Shown: positions 19,304 to 29,799, numbered from the stretch's first letter. The stretch: 41,422 bases of DNA from an uncultured Mycoplasmatota bacterium (GCA_946630615.1 CAMOYX010000002.1:1-41422); one strand, 5' to 3'. Translations and numbers: made by a program. The notes: a model not told the origin generated them from the letters alone.

Positions 19304-19826
19304 AGTCTATTTTATAGTTATTTAATATATTTAGAACTTCGTTAATATTATCTGATTCATTGTTTAAATTGACTGAACCTGTTTGTTCTAGAGATATTAT
19401 GGTTTTAGATTCTTCGTTATAGTAATTTATATATTTAGTTATATTTGACTCATCTCCATCGTATTCGTGATATAAAGCTTTTATATTTTTTAGAGATTCT
19501 TTTAGTTTATTTAAATCTTCTTTAGATAGAGAGTCTTTATTATTAGTTATTGATTCTTTTATAACTGCATTTCTTACTTTATAGTTATTAGTTATTTTCT
19601 TATTTGAATCTTTTTTATATTCTTTAACTTCTCCGTTAGATAAAATAACAATTCCTTTCATTTTATTATCTTCTTCTTTAGTTATTTCTATTAAGATTGG
19701 ATTATTATCTTCTTTGTTATATCTATTTATATAAACAATAGTGGATATTAAAGCTATTATAAGTACTATTGTTGGTATTATAATTTGAAGTAATATCTTT
19801 TTATATTTATGTTTTAATTTATTCAT
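19302..19826 (-). CDS. Hypothetical N-terminally anchored protein (174 aa)
   Basis: Intact ORF, SD GGAGA. The TM is ILLQIIIPTIVLIIALISTIVYI. Confidence 0.55.
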   Translation of the reverse strand: MNKLKHKYKKILLQIIIPTIVLIIALISTIVYINRYNKEDNNPILIEITKEEDNKMKGIVILSNGEVKEYKKDSNKKITNNYKVRNAVIKESITNNKDSLSKEDLNKLKESLKNIKALYHEYDGDESNITKYINYYNEESKTIISLEQTGSVNLNNESDNINEVLNILNNYKID

Positions 19827-19914
19827 ATTATTATCTCCATTCTTTATAAATATATGATATCACTTTATTTATAATTAATGTATTAATTTTTTTAAACAAA
19901 TTTTGATTTTTTTG

Positions 19915-19943
19915 TTGACTTTTGTACTAACATATATGATAAT
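19915..19943 (+). promoter_or_regulatory. Plus-strand sigma-A-type promoter with no downstream plus-strand CDS
   Basis: TTGACT (19915-19920), a 17-nt spacer, then GATAAT (19938-19943). Confidence 0.5.
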
Positions 19944-19949
19944 GTGTAT

Positions 19950-20027
19950 CAGAGAGAAGTATTCTATCTTATCATAAACTTCTACTACTTCTCTCCATTG
20001 GGCTTCCTACATAAGAGCCCTTTTTTA
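19950..20027 (+). ncRNA. Candidate orphan small RNA (about 80 nt): 10-bp hairpin plus a GC-rich intrinsic terminator
   Basis: GAGAGAAGTA(19952-19961) pairs perfectly with TACTTCTCTC(19986-19995). A terminator follows: GGGCTT...AAGAGCCC (20000-20020) plus TTTTTT (20021-20026). The longest ORF is 13 codons and has no SD. Confidence 0.4.
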
Positions 20028-20045
20028 TTGCTTATTATTCATATT

Positions 20046-20081
20046 TATAAAAACCATGAAGAATTAGTCTTCATGGTTTTT
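20046..20081 (-). terminator. trpS terminator (bidirectional hairpin enclosing the stop codon)
   Basis: Stem CCATGAAGA(20054-20062)/TCTTCATGG(20068-20076), extended by A/T pairs. A-runs and T-runs lie on both sides. Confidence 0.75.
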
Positions 20082-21170
20082 ATATTTATTAATATGTTTA
20101 TTTATTAAATCTATATCTTTAAAGTAATTAATACGCATTGCATCTTTTACTTCTTCTAATGTTTTATTAGCTTTTTCTTTTGCTTTATTAGATCCTTCTT
20201 CTAACATTTTATATACTTCATCAATATGAGATTCATAGTATTTACGTTTTTCTCTTATTGGAGTTAGTTCTCTTTCTAAAACGTTATATAAGAACTTCTT
20301 GATAAGAACATCTCCAACTCCACCTTTTTTATAGGCTGCTTTTAAAGCATCTAGATTTTCATATTCTCTTAGGAAATTAGTAAAATCTTCTTTAGTAGCA
20401 AATACATCTAAGTATGTGAATACTGTGTTTCCTTCTACTTTACCAGGGTCAGTCACATGAATATGATCTGGATCTGTATACATAGACATTACTTTTTCTT
20501 TTACTGTTTTAGAGTCATCTGCTAAGTAAATACCATTACCTAGTGATTTACTCATCTTTTGATTACCATCTATTCCTGGAAGTCTTAAAGCTTCTTTAGT
20601 AGTAGGTAGAACAGCTTCAGGTTCTACTAATACTTCTTTATTATATATTTTATTAAAGCTTCTAACTATTTCTCTTGCTTGCTCAATCATTGGTAATTGA
20701 TCTATTCCTACAGGAATAATATTTGCTTTAAATGCAGTTATATCTGCTGTTTGGCTTATTGGATATGTTAGAAAACCTACTGGTATTGATTCTTCAAAAC
20801 CACGCATTGTTATTTCACTTTTAACTGTTGGGTTTCTTTTTAATCTAGCTAGTGTTACTAGATTAGAATAGAAGAAAGTTAATTCAGTTAGAGCACTAAC
20901 TTGTGATTGAACAAATATAGTAATCTTTTTAGGATCTAGACCTACTGATAGGTAGTCTAGGGCTACTTCTATAATATTTTCTCTTATCTTACCTGGATTA
21001 TCGTAGTTATCTGTTAGAGCTTGTGCATCTGCAATCATTACATACATTTCATCAAAGTCACCTTTGTTTTGTAGTAACACACGATTTTTTAAAGAACCTA
21101 CGTAGTGACCAATGTGAAGTCTTCCTGTTGGTCTATCTCCAGTTAATATAATTTTCTTTTGGTTTTCCAT
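20064..21170 (-). CDS. trpS: Tryptophan--tRNA ligase
   Basis: 368 aa, class I motifs HIGH (GRLHIGHYVG) and KMSKS. The pattern is that of a TrpRS-type short synthetase. Confidence 0.92.
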   Translation of the reverse strand: MENQKKIILTGDRPTGRLHIGHYVGSLKNRVLLQNKGDFDEMYVMIADAQALTDNYDNPGKIRENIIEVALDYLSVGLDPKKITIFVQSQVSALTELTFFYSNLVTLARLKRNPTVKSEITMRGFEESIPVGFLTYPISQTADITAFKANIIPVGIDQLPMIEQAREIVRSFNKIYNKEVLVEPEAVLPTTKEALRLPGIDGNQKMSKSLGNGIYLADDSKTVKEKVMSMYTDPDHIHVTDPGKVEGNTVFTYLDVFATKEDFTNFLREYENLDALKAAYKKGGVGDVLIKKFLYNVLERELTPIREKRKYYESHIDEVYKMLEEGSNKAKEKANKTLEEVKDAMRINYFKDIDLINKHINKYKNHED

Positions 21171-21198
21171 AATATCACTCCGTGTTTATATAATAACA

Positions 21199-21228
21199 TA
21201 AAAAAGCACTTCTATGAGTGCTTTTTTT
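21199..21228 (-). terminator. Terminator after rplQ (end of the alpha operon)
   Basis: Stem AGCACT(21205-21210)/AGTGCT(21217-21222), with an A-run and a T-run on the two sides. Confidence 0.65.
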
Positions 21229-21232
21229 GTTA

Positions 21233-21577
21233 TTAAACTAATTCTAGTCTTACTTCTAAAGCGTCATCACCGTGACGTTCAGCAATCTTAATGATTCTAG
21301 TATAACCACCATTACGATCTTTATACTTTGGAGCTAGTTCATTAAATACTTTACTAACTACATTATTATCATTGTTAACGAATGCTAAAGCAAGTCTACG
21401 GCTTACTAAAGTACCTCTTTTTCCATAAGTAATCATTTTATCTACGAATTTTCTAACTTCTTTAGCTCTTGCTTCAGTAGTTACAACATATCCGTTTTCT
21501 AAAACAGTCTTAGTTAGACCTGCTAAAATGCTTCTTCTAATTCTAGTTTCTCTACTTAATTTTCTATAGTTTGCCAA
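21233..21577 (-). CDS. rplQ: 50S ribosomal protein L17
   Basis: MANYRKLSRETRIRRSIL..., 114 aa, in the conserved position after rpoA. Confidence 0.95.
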   Translation of the reverse strand: MANYRKLSRETRIRRSILAGLTKTVLENGYVVTTEARAKEVRKFVDKMITYGKRGTLVSRRLALAFVNNDNNVVSKVFNELAPKYKDRNGGYTRIIKIAERHGDDALEVRLELV

Positions 21578-21588
21578 GTTCTTTCCTC

Positions 21589-22533
21589 CTATTCCTTAAA
21601 TGAAAGTCCTAATTCTTTGACTTTATCTAATACTTCCTTAAGTGATTTCTTACCTAAGTTACGAATCTTTGTTACGTCAGATTCTTTTATATTGATTAAA
21701 TCTTGAATTGTATGAATATTTGCTCTCTTTAAGCAGTTATATGCTCTTACTGAGAACTCGATTTCCTCGATTGGTGTTTCTAATGTCTTAGCACTATCGT
21801 CTACTTTCTTTTCGTCCATAATGCTTGTTACATTAGAGATATCATTGATATCAGCAATGATACGGAAGTGTTCAATTATAATCTTAGATGCTAAAGCCAT
21901 ACATTCTTCTGGAGTAATAGAACCATTAGTTGTTACTTCAACAGTTAGTTTATCAAAATTTTCATTTTGACCTACACGAGCAGGATCAACTGTATAGTTA
22001 ACGTTTTCTACTGGACTATATAAAGAATCGATTGCGATAACTTCTGGTTTATCAGAAGCAAATAATTTCTTATTTTCTTTTGAATCTACATATCCTTTTC
22101 CTGTATTTGTAGTTAAATCCATAGAAATTTTGCCACCTTCAACAAGGTTACAAATTACTAGATCTGGATTAACGATTTCTACGTCTGGGTCATGACTAAT
22201 CATACCAGCTGTAACAGGTCCTGGAGTGTTAGCTTCTAAATGCATAGTCTTAACACCTTCAGTGTGTTGTTTTAATACTACACTCTTAAGGTTTAAAACG
22301 ATTGCAGTAACATCTTCATAAATACCTTCAATTTTTTGGAATTCATGTAATACTCCTGCAATTTTTACAGTTGTAATAGCAGCTCCTGGCATTGAAGATA
22401 ACATAGTTCTTCTTAAAGCTGTTCCAAGTGTGTATCCGAATCCTTCTTCAAGTGGTTCTAATACAAATTTTCCATAGTTATTTGATTCTTGATATTCAGC
22501 AACTTTATAAGTTGGCTTTTCAAATTTAATCAT
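21589..22533 (-). CDS. rpoA: DNA-directed RNA polymerase alpha subunit
   Basis: 314 aa, with GYTLGTALRRTMLSSMPGAAI and C-terminal-domain motifs (SVRAYNCLKRANI). Confidence 0.96.
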   Translation of the reverse strand: MIKFEKPTYKVAEYQESNNYGKFVLEPLEEGFGYTLGTALRRTMLSSMPGAAITTVKIAGVLHEFQKIEGIYEDVTAIVLNLKSVVLKQHTEGVKTMHLEANTPGPVTAGMISHDPDVEIVNPDLVICNLVEGGKISMDLTTNTGKGYVDSKENKKLFASDKPEVIAIDSLYSPVENVNYTVDPARVGQNENFDKLTVEVTTNGSITPEECMALASKIIIEHFRIIADINDISNVTSIMDEKKVDDSAKTLETPIEEIEFSVRAYNCLKRANIHTIQDLINIKESDVTKIRNLGKKSLKEVLDKVKELGLSFKE

Positions 22534-22554
22534 AGATTAGACTTCCTTTCATTC

Positions 22555-22938
22555 TTAATTTCTTGGTTTCTTTGGTGGACGGCATCCATTGTGTGGTACT
22601 GGAGTTTCATCAACGATAGATGTAACTTCTAAACCTACAGCTTGTAATTCACGGATAGCATTTTCTCTACCTTGACCTAAGCCTTTAACAAAAATGTCAA
22701 CCTTTTTAACACCAGCGTCCATAGCTGACTTTCCAGCAGCTTCTGCAGAAGTACCAGCAGCAAATGCTGTTTTCTTCTTAGAACCTTTATATCCAATAGT
22801 TCCTGCTGAAGCCCAAGAAATTACATTACCTTCTTTATCAGTGATTGATACGATTGTATTGTTGAATGTTGAATGAATGTGTGCAACGGCTTCAGGAATA
22901 TTCTTTTTAACTTTTCTTTTTCTTCTATTATATGCCAT
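22555..22938 (-). CDS. rpsK: 30S ribosomal protein S11
   Basis: [18 protein letters not shown]-type sequence, 127 aa. Confidence 0.95.
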   Translation of the reverse strand: MAYNRRKRKVKKNIPEAVAHIHSTFNNTIVSITDKEGNVISWASAGTIGYKGSKKKTAFAAGTSAEAAGKSAMDAGVKKVDIFVKGLGQGRENAIRELQAVGLEVTSIVDETPVPHNGCRPPKKPRN

Positions 22939-22954
22939 AATTTATAGTTCCTTT

Positions 22955-23320
22955 CTACTTCTTCTTGTTTGCAACAACTTTACCCTTACCTTTTCTTGTA
23001 CGGGCATTTCTACTAGTTCTTTGTCCTCTAACAGGAAGTCCTTTTTTGTGTCTAGTTCCTTCGTAAGAGTTAATTTCCATCTTTTCTTTGATGTTCATTT
23101 GAACTTCTCTTCTTAAGTCACCTTCTACAGTTAAAGTATCAATTTCTTTTCTTAATGAAGCAACTTCTTCTTCAGTTAAGTCTTTTACCTTTTTATCTGG
23201 GTCAACATTAGTATTAGCACAGATAGTGTTAGCTAAAGGTCTACCAATACCATAAATAGCAGTTAAACCGATATTTACATGTTTATTATTTGGTAATTCG
23301 ATATTCTTAATTCTTGCCAT
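22955..23320 (-). CDS. rpsM: 30S ribosomal protein S13
   Basis: [26 protein letters not shown]..., 121 aa. Confidence 0.95.
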   Translation of the reverse strand: MARIKNIELPNNKHVNIGLTAIYGIGRPLANTICANTNVDPDKKVKDLTEEEVASLRKEIDTLTVEGDLRREVQMNIKEKMEINSYEGTRHKKGLPVRGQRTSRNARTRKGKGKVVANKKK

Positions 23321-23344
23321 ATTATTTTATAATCCTTTCTTTAA

Positions 23345-23461
23345 TTAGCATCCTTGTACTTGTTTGTGTTTAGGGTTTTCACAGATTATCATGACTTTGC
23401 CATTTCTTCTGATAACCTTACACTTATTGCACATTGGTTTTACGCTTGATCTAACTTTCAT
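23345..23461 (-). CDS. rpmJ: 50S ribosomal protein L36
   Basis: Not in the track because it is too short. My translation is [38 protein letters not shown], in the conserved position between infA and rpsM. Confidence 0.93.
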   Translation of the reverse strand: MKVRSSVKPMCNKCKVIRRNGKVMIICENPKHKQVQGC

Positions 23462-23481
23462 AAATAACCTCCATTATCTAT

Positions 23482-23772
23482 TTATCTTTTATTCCATGTT
23501 ATACGCCCACGTGTTAAATCGTAAGGAGATAGTTCTATAGTGACTGTATCACCTGGTAGAATACGTATCATGTTAACGCGCATTTTACCAGAAACGTAGG
23601 CAGCTACAGTATATCCATTTGGAAGTTCTACTAAGTAATCTCCGCCTTTTAAGACTTCTTTTACTTTTCCTTCAACTTCTAATTTGTCAGATTTTTTGTT
23701 GTTATCAACATGTTTATCTTTAACAACATCTTTACTTTGTAAATTACTTTTTCTGTCATTTTTTTTGGCCAT
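23482..23772 (-). CDS. infA: Translation initiation factor IF-1 with an N-terminal Lys-rich extension of about 25 aa
   Basis: The core [62 protein letters not shown] is canonical IF-1. There is no internal start codon before the core. Confidence 0.9.
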   Translation of the reverse strand: MAKKNDRKSNLQSKDVVKDKHVDNNKKSDKLEVEGKVKEVLKGGDYLVELPNGYTVAAYVSGKMRVNMIRILPGDTVTIELSPYDLTRGRITWNKR

Positions 23773-23779
23773 AAATTTT

Positions 23780-24526
23780 CTATTCTCCTGTCAACATACG
23801 ATGTCCGTCTTCTGTAACAGCTACAGTATCTTCAAAGTGTGCTGAGTATTTTCCATCTTCTGTTACAATTGTCCAACCATCGTCTAATTGTACTACATGT
23901 TTAGTACCTAAATTAAGCATAGGTTCAATTGCGATAACCATTCCTTTTTTTAGAACTGGACCTTTACCAGCTTCACCAAAGTTTGGTACATCTGGATCTT
24001 CGTGCATTTCAGTTCCTATTCCATGTCCTACTAGTTCTTCAACTACCCCTAGTCCATGTTCGTGAGCATATTCTTCAATAGCATGTGAGATATCTCCAAT
24101 GTGATTACCTGGTTTAACCATAGCAATTCCTCTTTGTAGTGCTTCATAGGTGTTTTTTACTAGGTCTTCTATCTCTTTACTTACTTCACCAATAATATAT
24201 GTTCTTGTCATATCAGATTCATATCCATCTTTTCTTACTGTAAAATCTAGTTTTACAATATCACCATTTTTAAGCTTTCTATTTGATGGAATACCATGTA
24301 CTACTTCATCATTTACTGATATACAAGCAGCGCCTGGAAATCCTTCATAGTTTAGGCATGATGGATAAGCACCATTATCTATAACAAACTTTTTTATAAT
24401 ATCATCAATTTGTTTAGTAGTTACTCCTGGTTTTAAATGTTTTTCAGCTAACTTATGAGCTTCAGTATTTATTTTACCAGCAGCTGCCATTAATTCAATT
24501 TCTCTTTCACTTTTAATTGTTATCAC
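23780..24526 (-). CDS. map: Methionine aminopeptidase type I
   Basis: 248 aa, with metal-ligand motifs (VVHGIP, DFTV..DGY.SD, GHGIG, IEP). Confidence 0.94.
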   Translation of the reverse strand: MITIKSEREIELMAAAGKINTEAHKLAEKHLKPGVTTKQIDDIIKKFVIDNGAYPSCLNYEGFPGAACISVNDEVVHGIPSNRKLKNGDIVKLDFTVRKDGYESDMTRTYIIGEVSKEIEDLVKNTYEALQRGIAMVKPGNHIGDISHAIEEYAHEHGLGVVEELVGHGIGTEMHEDPDVPNFGEAGKGPVLKKGMVIAIEPMLNLGTKHVVQLDDGWTIVTEDGKYSAHFEDTVAVTEDGHRMLTGE

Positions 24527-25160
24527 TAATAATACTCCTTAAATCTTCTAAGGCCTTACTATTATCAACACTATTATTTTTAATAATATTATAATAACCT
24601 AATTCTTTATAGTAATTAATGATTGGTAGGGTATTTTTAGTATAAGAGTTATATCTATTTAAGTAACTTTCTTCGTTGTCATCATCTCTATGTACAAGAG
24701 CTGTTCCACAGTTGTCACAAATGTTTTTAACTTTAGGTTTAAATTCAACAATGTTTTGATTAAATGATTCATGACAATTTGGACAGATAACTCTACCTGT
24801 TACTCTGTTTAGTAAAATGTCTTTATCAACATCAATACTAATTACATCGAAATCATTAATGCTTAATTCATTAAATATTTTTTGTAGTTCTTTAGCTTGA
24901 TTAAGTGTTCTTGGAATTCCATCAAGTATAAATGATTTACCTTTAATAGATTCAAGTTTATCTTTAACAATTTCCATTATTAATTCATCACTTACAAGTC
25001 CACCAGAACTCATTATATTTTTCAAAGATTCATCAATCTTTGCTCTTTCACGTAGTATATCTCCAGTGGAGATTTGTACGTAGTTATAGTTTTTTACAAG
25101 ATAAGCACTAAATGTGCCTTTCCCCGCCGCAGGGGGAGATAAGAAGATTACACTTCTCAT
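24513..25160 (-). CDS. adk: Adenylate kinase (Zn-lid type) with an atypical P-loop
   Basis: STGDILR, DGIPRT, and lid CPNC...CDNC motifs. The P-loop reads SPPAAGKGT instead of GxPGxGKGT. Confidence 0.9.
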   Translation of the reverse strand: MRSVIFLSPPAAGKGTFSAYLVKNYNYVQISTGDILRERAKIDESLKNIMSSGGLVSDELIMEIVKDKLESIKGKSFILDGIPRTLNQAKELQKIFNELSINDFDVISIDVDKDILLNRVTGRVICPNCHESFNQNIVEFKPKVKNICDNCGTALVHRDDDNEESYLNRYNSYTKNTLPIINYYKELGYYNIIKNNSVDNSKALEDLRSIISDNN

Positions 25161-26432
25161 CTACTTCACTCTCTTTCTGTGTGTATATTCTCTTGAAACT
25201 AAACCAGATTGAACTTGTTTATAAGTTTCAATAGCTACACCAACTACGATTAGAATACCAGTACCACCAATAGCTACAGATTTATCTAAACCTGAGATAT
25301 TGCTGATTAAGATTGGCATTCCTGCTAAAACGGCAATAAAGATTGAACCTACAAGTGTTAGGCGAGAAACTATTTTGCTAATATGTTTAGCAGTTTCTTC
25401 ACCTGGTCTTACACCTGGAATGTAGGCACCACTCTTATTTAAGTCTTTACTCATTTCTTCAGGATTCATTGCCATGAAGGTATAGAAATAACTGAAGAAT
25501 ATAATTAAAGCAATATATATAGCAAATCCAGTTGGACTTGTATACATAATATAATTATTAATAAATTCTATTGCATCAGTATTACCGATTACATTAACGA
25601 TAATTGATGGAATAGTTAATAACATAGATGCAAAGATAACTGGCATAACGCCTGCATAGTTAATTCTTAATGGTAAGTAAGATTCCTTTGATTGATAAGA
25701 AGTAATAGTCTTATTCGCATATTGAATAGGAATTCTTCTTTCAGCTAAGGTAATCCATACAACACCTAGAATAACTAATACATAAACTAGAATGTATACT
25801 GCTAGAAGTAGGTAACCTACCCATCCAGTATATGTTCCAGAAGTTATGAATGTGCTCCATACTGTTTGCATTGTTGCTGGAAGTGATAGGATAATTGAAG
25901 ACATAATTAATAAACTTTGTCCATTTCCTACACCTTTATTTGTCATTTCATCACCTAACCAAAGTAGGAATGAAGTACCAGCAGTCATAATTAATGTTAT
26001 CTTAATAATTTCTGTTATATCAGTTACTTGTAGAACGAACTTAGTTAATACGAATGCTTGAATAAAGGCAATTATAATACCTAAATATCTAGTAATTCTA
26101 TTAATCTTTTGTCTTCCTACATATCCTTGTTCCTTTAATTCTTTAAAATAAGGAATTATATCCATTGTTAATAATTGTGTAATAATGGATGCATTGATAT
26201 AAGGTGTAACGCCTAGACCAAAGATAGAGAATTTATCAAATCCACCACCACTCATTAGGTTAAATATACCTAAAAAGCCTAGGTCACCCATAAGTGTTTG
26301 GATCCATGGGGCAGCCCATGTGATAGTTATTCCAGTACCTATTGCATAAAATGATAGGATAGCTAGAGTAAATAAAATTCTATGTCTTAAGTCTTTTGCG
26401 TCTTTAGAGAAAATCTTAAAAGATTTTTTCAT
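25161..26432 (-). CDS. secY: Preprotein translocase subunit SecY
   Basis: 423 aa, 10 TM segments, N-terminal DLRHRILFTL, in the conserved operon position. Confidence 0.95.
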   Translation of the reverse strand: MKKSFKIFSKDAKDLRHRILFTLAILSFYAIGTGITITWAAPWIQTLMGDLGFLGIFNLMSGGGFDKFSIFGLGVTPYINASIITQLLTMDIIPYFKELKEQGYVGRQKINRITRYLGIIIAFIQAFVLTKFVLQVTDITEIIKITLIMTAGTSFLLWLGDEMTNKGVGNGQSLLIMSSIILSLPATMQTVWSTFITSGTYTGWVGYLLLAVYILVYVLVILGVVWITLAERRIPIQYANKTITSYQSKESYLPLRINYAGVMPVIFASMLLTIPSIIVNVIGNTDAIEFINNYIMYTSPTGFAIYIALIIFFSYFYTFMAMNPEEMSKDLNKSGAYIPGVRPGEETAKHISKIVSRLTLVGSIFIAVLAGMPILISNISGLDKSVAIGGTGILIVVGVAIETYKQVQSGLVSREYTHRKRVK

Positions 26433-26433
26433 C

Positions 26434-26877
26434 TTAAATCACCTCTGTTTTTCCACCTGCATTTTCAATTTTTGTTATAGCTTCGTTAGAAAAACGATTT
26501 GCTTTAACTGTTAATTTCTTAGTAAGATTTCCACTTGCTAATACTTTAATACCAGCTAAAGATTTTTTGATGATTCCTTTTTCCTTTAAAACTTCAGGTG
26601 TAACTACGTCTCCATCATTAAAGAATTTATCTAAATCTCCAACGTTTACTGTTGCGTATTTAATAGCGAATTGAGTATTATTAAAACCTCTCTTTGGTAA
26701 TCTTCTATATAAAGGAGATTGACCACCCATGAACCATGCGTTAATGCTAGATCCACTACGAGTTTTTTGACCCTTTTCACCACGTCCTGCAGTTTTACCT
26801 GTTCCTGAACCTGGTCCACGACCAACTCTTTTTACTTTTTTAATTTCGTATGATTTTGGTAAACTTTCTAATCTCAT
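26434..26877 (-). CDS. rplO: 50S ribosomal protein L15
   Basis: Trimmed from the track start (26904) to MRLESLPKS... (ATG 26877), preceded by GAGGAG. The conserved motif RVGRGPGSGTGKTAGRGEKGQ is present. Confidence 0.93.
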   Translation of the reverse strand: MRLESLPKSYEIKKVKRVGRGPGSGTGKTAGRGEKGQKTRSGSSINAWFMGGQSPLYRRLPKRGFNNTQFAIKYATVNVGDLDKFFNDGDVVTPEVLKEKGIIKKSLAGIKVLASGNLTKKLTVKANRFSNEAITKIENAGGKTEVI

Positions 26878-26878
26878 A

Positions 26879-27391
26879 TTATAACTCCTCAACTTTCTTA
26901 CCACGTAAAGCGGCTACTTTTTCTGGAGTTCTTAGTGATTTTAAAGCATCTAATGTAGCTTTAGCTACGTTAACTTTAGTGTTTGAACCAAGACTCTTTG
27001 ATACGATATCTTTAACACCAGCAAGTTCTAATACAGCACGTGCAGAACCACCGGCAACAATTCCTGAACCTTCTTTTGCAGGTTTAACTAAAACTTTAGC
27101 TCTACCTACAGCTCCGATTGCTTCATGAGGAATAGTACGGCCTTCTTGAAGAGAAATACGAACTACGTTCTTATTTGCCATCTTTGATGCTTTAGAAATA
27201 GCATCAGAAGTTTCATTAGCTTTACCTGTACCAATTCCAACTAGACCTTTACGGTTACCAACAACAACTGTTGCTGAGAAACGGAAATGTCTACCACCCT
27301 TAGTAACTTTAGTTACTTTACCAAGGTTAATAACTCTTTCTTCAAGTAATTGTCTTTTTTGACGATTGTTATGTCTTTCAACTCTTGCCAT
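26879..27391 (-). CDS. rpsE: 30S ribosomal protein S5
   Basis: 170 aa, with [30 protein letters not shown]. Confidence 0.95.
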   Translation of the reverse strand: MARVERHNNRQKRQLLEERVINLGKVTKVTKGGRHFRFSATVVVGNRKGLVGIGTGKANETSDAISKASKMANKNVVRISLQEGRTIPHEAIGAVGRAKVLVKPAKEGSGIVAGGSARAVLELAGVKDIVSKSLGSNTKVNVAKATLDALKSLRTPEKVAALRGKKVEEL

Positions 27392-27403
27392 TATTGTAAC
27401 CTC

Positions 27404-27757
27404 CTAAAATTCTAGTCCTGCTTCTCTTGCAGCTTCTGCAAGTGCAGCAACACGTCCATGATATTGGTATCCACCTCTATCAAAGACAATAGTTTTAATC
27501 TTCTTATCTAAACATTTTTTAGCAATGTCAGTACCTACAGCCTTAGCGCCTTCGATATTTGAACCATTAACTTTTAATGCTAAAGAAGAAGAACTTACTA
27601 AAGTTACGCCGTTTACATCGTCGATAACTTGAGCATAAATTTGTTTATTTGATCTGAATACGTCTAATCTTGGCATTTCTGGAGTACCAGAAACTGTCTT
27701 TCTTACACGAGCGTGTCTTGCTAGACGTGTACTATTTTTTGAAACTTTCTTTATCAT
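27404..27757 (-). CDS. rplR: 50S ribosomal protein L18
   Basis: 117 aa, with [18 protein letters not shown] and [12 protein letters not shown]. Confidence 0.95.
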   Translation of the reverse strand: MIKKVSKNSTRLARHARVRKTVSGTPEMPRLDVFRSNKQIYAQVIDDVNGVTLVSSSSLALKVNGSNIEGAKAVGTDIAKKCLDKKIKTIVFDRGGYQYHGRVAALAEAAREAGLEF

Positions 27758-27765
27758 ATTATCAC

Positions 27766-28305
27766 CTACTTAGACGCTTTCTTGCCTTCTTTACGACGAA
27801 TATGTTCATTCTTGTAACGGATACCTTTACCTTTATATGGTTCTGGTTTTCTTAACTTACGAACATTAGCCGCAAATTCAGCTACTTTTTGTTTATCTAC
27901 ACCTGAGATTTCGATTTCAGTTTGAGAAACTTCTTTAACAGAAAGTCCTTCTGGAACTGGAACGTTAACTGGGTGTGAGAAACCTGCATTAACACCAATT
28001 GTGTTACCTTTAACTTGGAAACGATAACCTACACCAACTATTTCAAGATTTTTAGTATAACCTTTGTCTAAACCAACAATCATGTTGTTGATGTTAGAAT
28101 TAGCTGTACCAACCATCATGTTAGCTTCAGCACTATCGTTTACAACGTTAGTTTCGATTGTGTTTTCATTAATAGCAACTTTAACTAAAGGTGAAACTTT
28201 TGTAGTTAATACATTGTTTCCCTTCTTTAAAGTTACAGTATTGTTAGTTAGGCTTGCTTCAATTCCAGCAGGAATTGTAAGAATTCTTTTTCCGATTCTA
28301 CTCAT
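27766..28305 (-). CDS. rplF: 50S ribosomal protein L6
   Basis: [16 protein letters not shown]..., 179 aa. Confidence 0.95.
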   Translation of the reverse strand: MSRIGKRILTIPAGIEASLTNNTVTLKKGNNVLTTKVSPLVKVAINENTIETNVVNDSAEANMMVGTANSNINNMIVGLDKGYTKNLEIVGVGYRFQVKGNTIGVNAGFSHPVNVPVPEGLSVKEVSQTEIEISGVDKQKVAEFAANVRKLRKPEPYKGKGIRYKNEHIRRKEGKKASK

Positions 28306-28321
28306 AGGTTTTTCTTACTTA

Positions 28322-28720
28322 CTACCAAATGTAAGCAAGTACTTCGCCTCCTAACTTATTAGCTCTTGCTTCTTTATCAGTCATAAGACCTTTAGAAGTA
28401 GAGATTATTGCAATTCCAAGTCCATTTAGAACGTAAGGAATTTCACTAGCTTTGGCATATACTCTTAAGCCAGATTTACTAATTCTCTTAAGACCACGGA
28501 TTACTCTTTCTTTACGATCACCGTATTTAAGAGTTAAAAGCATTTTATCGCCTTTAGTGTTTGATTCATATTTGTAATCAGCAATGAATCCTTCACTCTT
28601 TAAGATTTCAGCGATACCTTTAGTCATTTTAGTGCCTAGTACTTCAACAGTATCATATTTTAATTCGTTAGCATTACGAATTCTTGTAAGCATATCTGCT
28701 ATTTTATCTTCTACCATCAT
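28322..28720 (-). CDS. rpsH: 30S ribosomal protein S8
   Basis: [11 protein letters not shown] motif, 132 aa. Confidence 0.95.
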   Translation of the reverse strand: MMVEDKIADMLTRIRNANELKYDTVEVLGTKMTKGIAEILKSEGFIADYKYESNTKGDKMLLTLKYGDRKERVIRGLKRISKSGLRVYAKASEIPYVLNGLGIAIISTSKGLMTDKEARANKLGGEVLAYIW

Positions 28721-28741
28721 AGTTAATTTTCCTCCCTTCTA

Positions 28742-28927
28742 TTACCAACTTGATTTAGTTACGCCTGGAATTTGTCCTTTATTTGCTAATTCTCTAAAGC
28801 AAATACGGCATAAATGATATTTACGTAGAACACCATGAGGTCTTCCACATCTTTCGCATCTTGTGTAAGCTCTTGTTGAGAACTTAGGTTTGCGAGATTG
28901 TTTAACTTTTAAACTTGTCTTAGCCAT
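28742..28927 (-). CDS. rpsN: 30S ribosomal protein S14, type Z (zinc-binding)
   Basis: 61 aa, CERCGRP...CRIC. Confidence 0.95.
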   Translation of the reverse strand: MAKTSLKVKQSRKPKFSTRAYTRCERCGRPHGVLRKYHLCRICFRELANKGQIPGVTKSSW

Positions 28928-28938
28928 AGTGTTCCTCC

Positions 28939-29478
28939 TTAATTTCTAAAAGGCATTCCAAAGCCTTTAAGTAAGCTTAATGCTTCTCCATTAGTATTAG
29001 CAGTAGTTACGAATACGATATCCATACCTCTAATTTTTAATACGTTATCGAATACGATTTCTGGGAATACTAATTGATCTTTTAAGCCTAATGTGTAATT
29101 ACCATGTCCATCAAAAGCATTTTTTGAAATACCATGGAAGTCACGTACACGAGGTAAAGTGATTTTAACTAGTTTTTCTAAGAAGTTGTACATATTTTCA
29201 CCACGTAATGTAACTTTAACACCGATAGGTTGTCCTTCTCTTAACTTGAAGCCAGCGATTGACTTACGAGCACGAGTAACGATTCCCTTTTGTCCTGTGA
29301 TAGCTGCAATTTCTTTTTCAACAGCATCTAAATATTTTTCATCAGTCTTAGCATCACCAACACCAACATTAATAACGATTTTTTCTAATTTTGGTACTTG
29401 CATTACTGATTTGTAATTATATTCCTTCTTTAAAGCAGGAATAATTTCCTTGTTATATAATTCTTTAAAAGTACTCAT
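28939..29478 (-). CDS. rplE: 50S ribosomal protein L5
   Basis: 179 aa, [16 protein letters not shown]. Confidence 0.95.
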   Translation of the reverse strand: MSTFKELYNKEIIPALKKEYNYKSVMQVPKLEKIVINVGVGDAKTDEKYLDAVEKEIAAITGQKGIVTRARKSIAGFKLREGQPIGVKVTLRGENMYNFLEKLVKITLPRVRDFHGISKNAFDGHGNYTLGLKDQLVFPEIVFDNVLKIRGMDIVFVTTANTNGEALSLLKGFGMPFRN

Positions 29479-29488
29479 TTATTCCCAC

Positions 29489-29788
29489 CTAGTCTTTCTT
29501 TTCTTTCTTTGTTGTTGATTTCTTTGTTGTTTTTTCTTCAGCTTTTACTTCTTTTTTAGCTGCAGCTTTTTTAGCTTCAACTTTCTTAACATTAGAAATG
29601 TTAATTGGTCTTTCTACTTCAATGATGCCACCATTAGCACCACTTGCATCTGGTTTAACGTGTTTTTTAACAACGTTGATACCTTCAACGATTACTCTAT
29701 TTTCTTTTCTTAAAACTTTTGTTACCTTACCAGTCTTATTACGATCATCACCGGCGATAACTACAACTTCATCATTAATTTTAATCAT
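29489..29788 (-). CDS. rplX: 50S ribosomal protein L24 (Lys/Ala-rich C-terminal tail)
   Basis: [23 protein letters not shown]..., 99 aa. Confidence 0.94.
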   Translation of the reverse strand: MIKINDEVVVIAGDDRNKTGKVTKVLRKENRVIVEGINVVKKHVKPDASGANGGIIEVERPINISNVKKVEAKKAAAKKEVKAEEKTTKKSTTKKEKKD

Positions 29789-29799
29789 AGATTTACCTC

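Noticed and set aside
21171-21232. I looked for a T-box leader upstream of trpS, and for a T-box or L-box upstream of lysS (38897-38984).
   Set aside because: The spacers are only 62 nt and 88 nt, and are largely occupied by a terminator or a promoter. No specifier-loop or T-box consensus is visible. The weak AAAAGTTT/AAACTTTT hairpin plus T-run in the lysS leader (38918-38945) is all A/T pairs apart from a single G-C and is not convincing as an attenuator.
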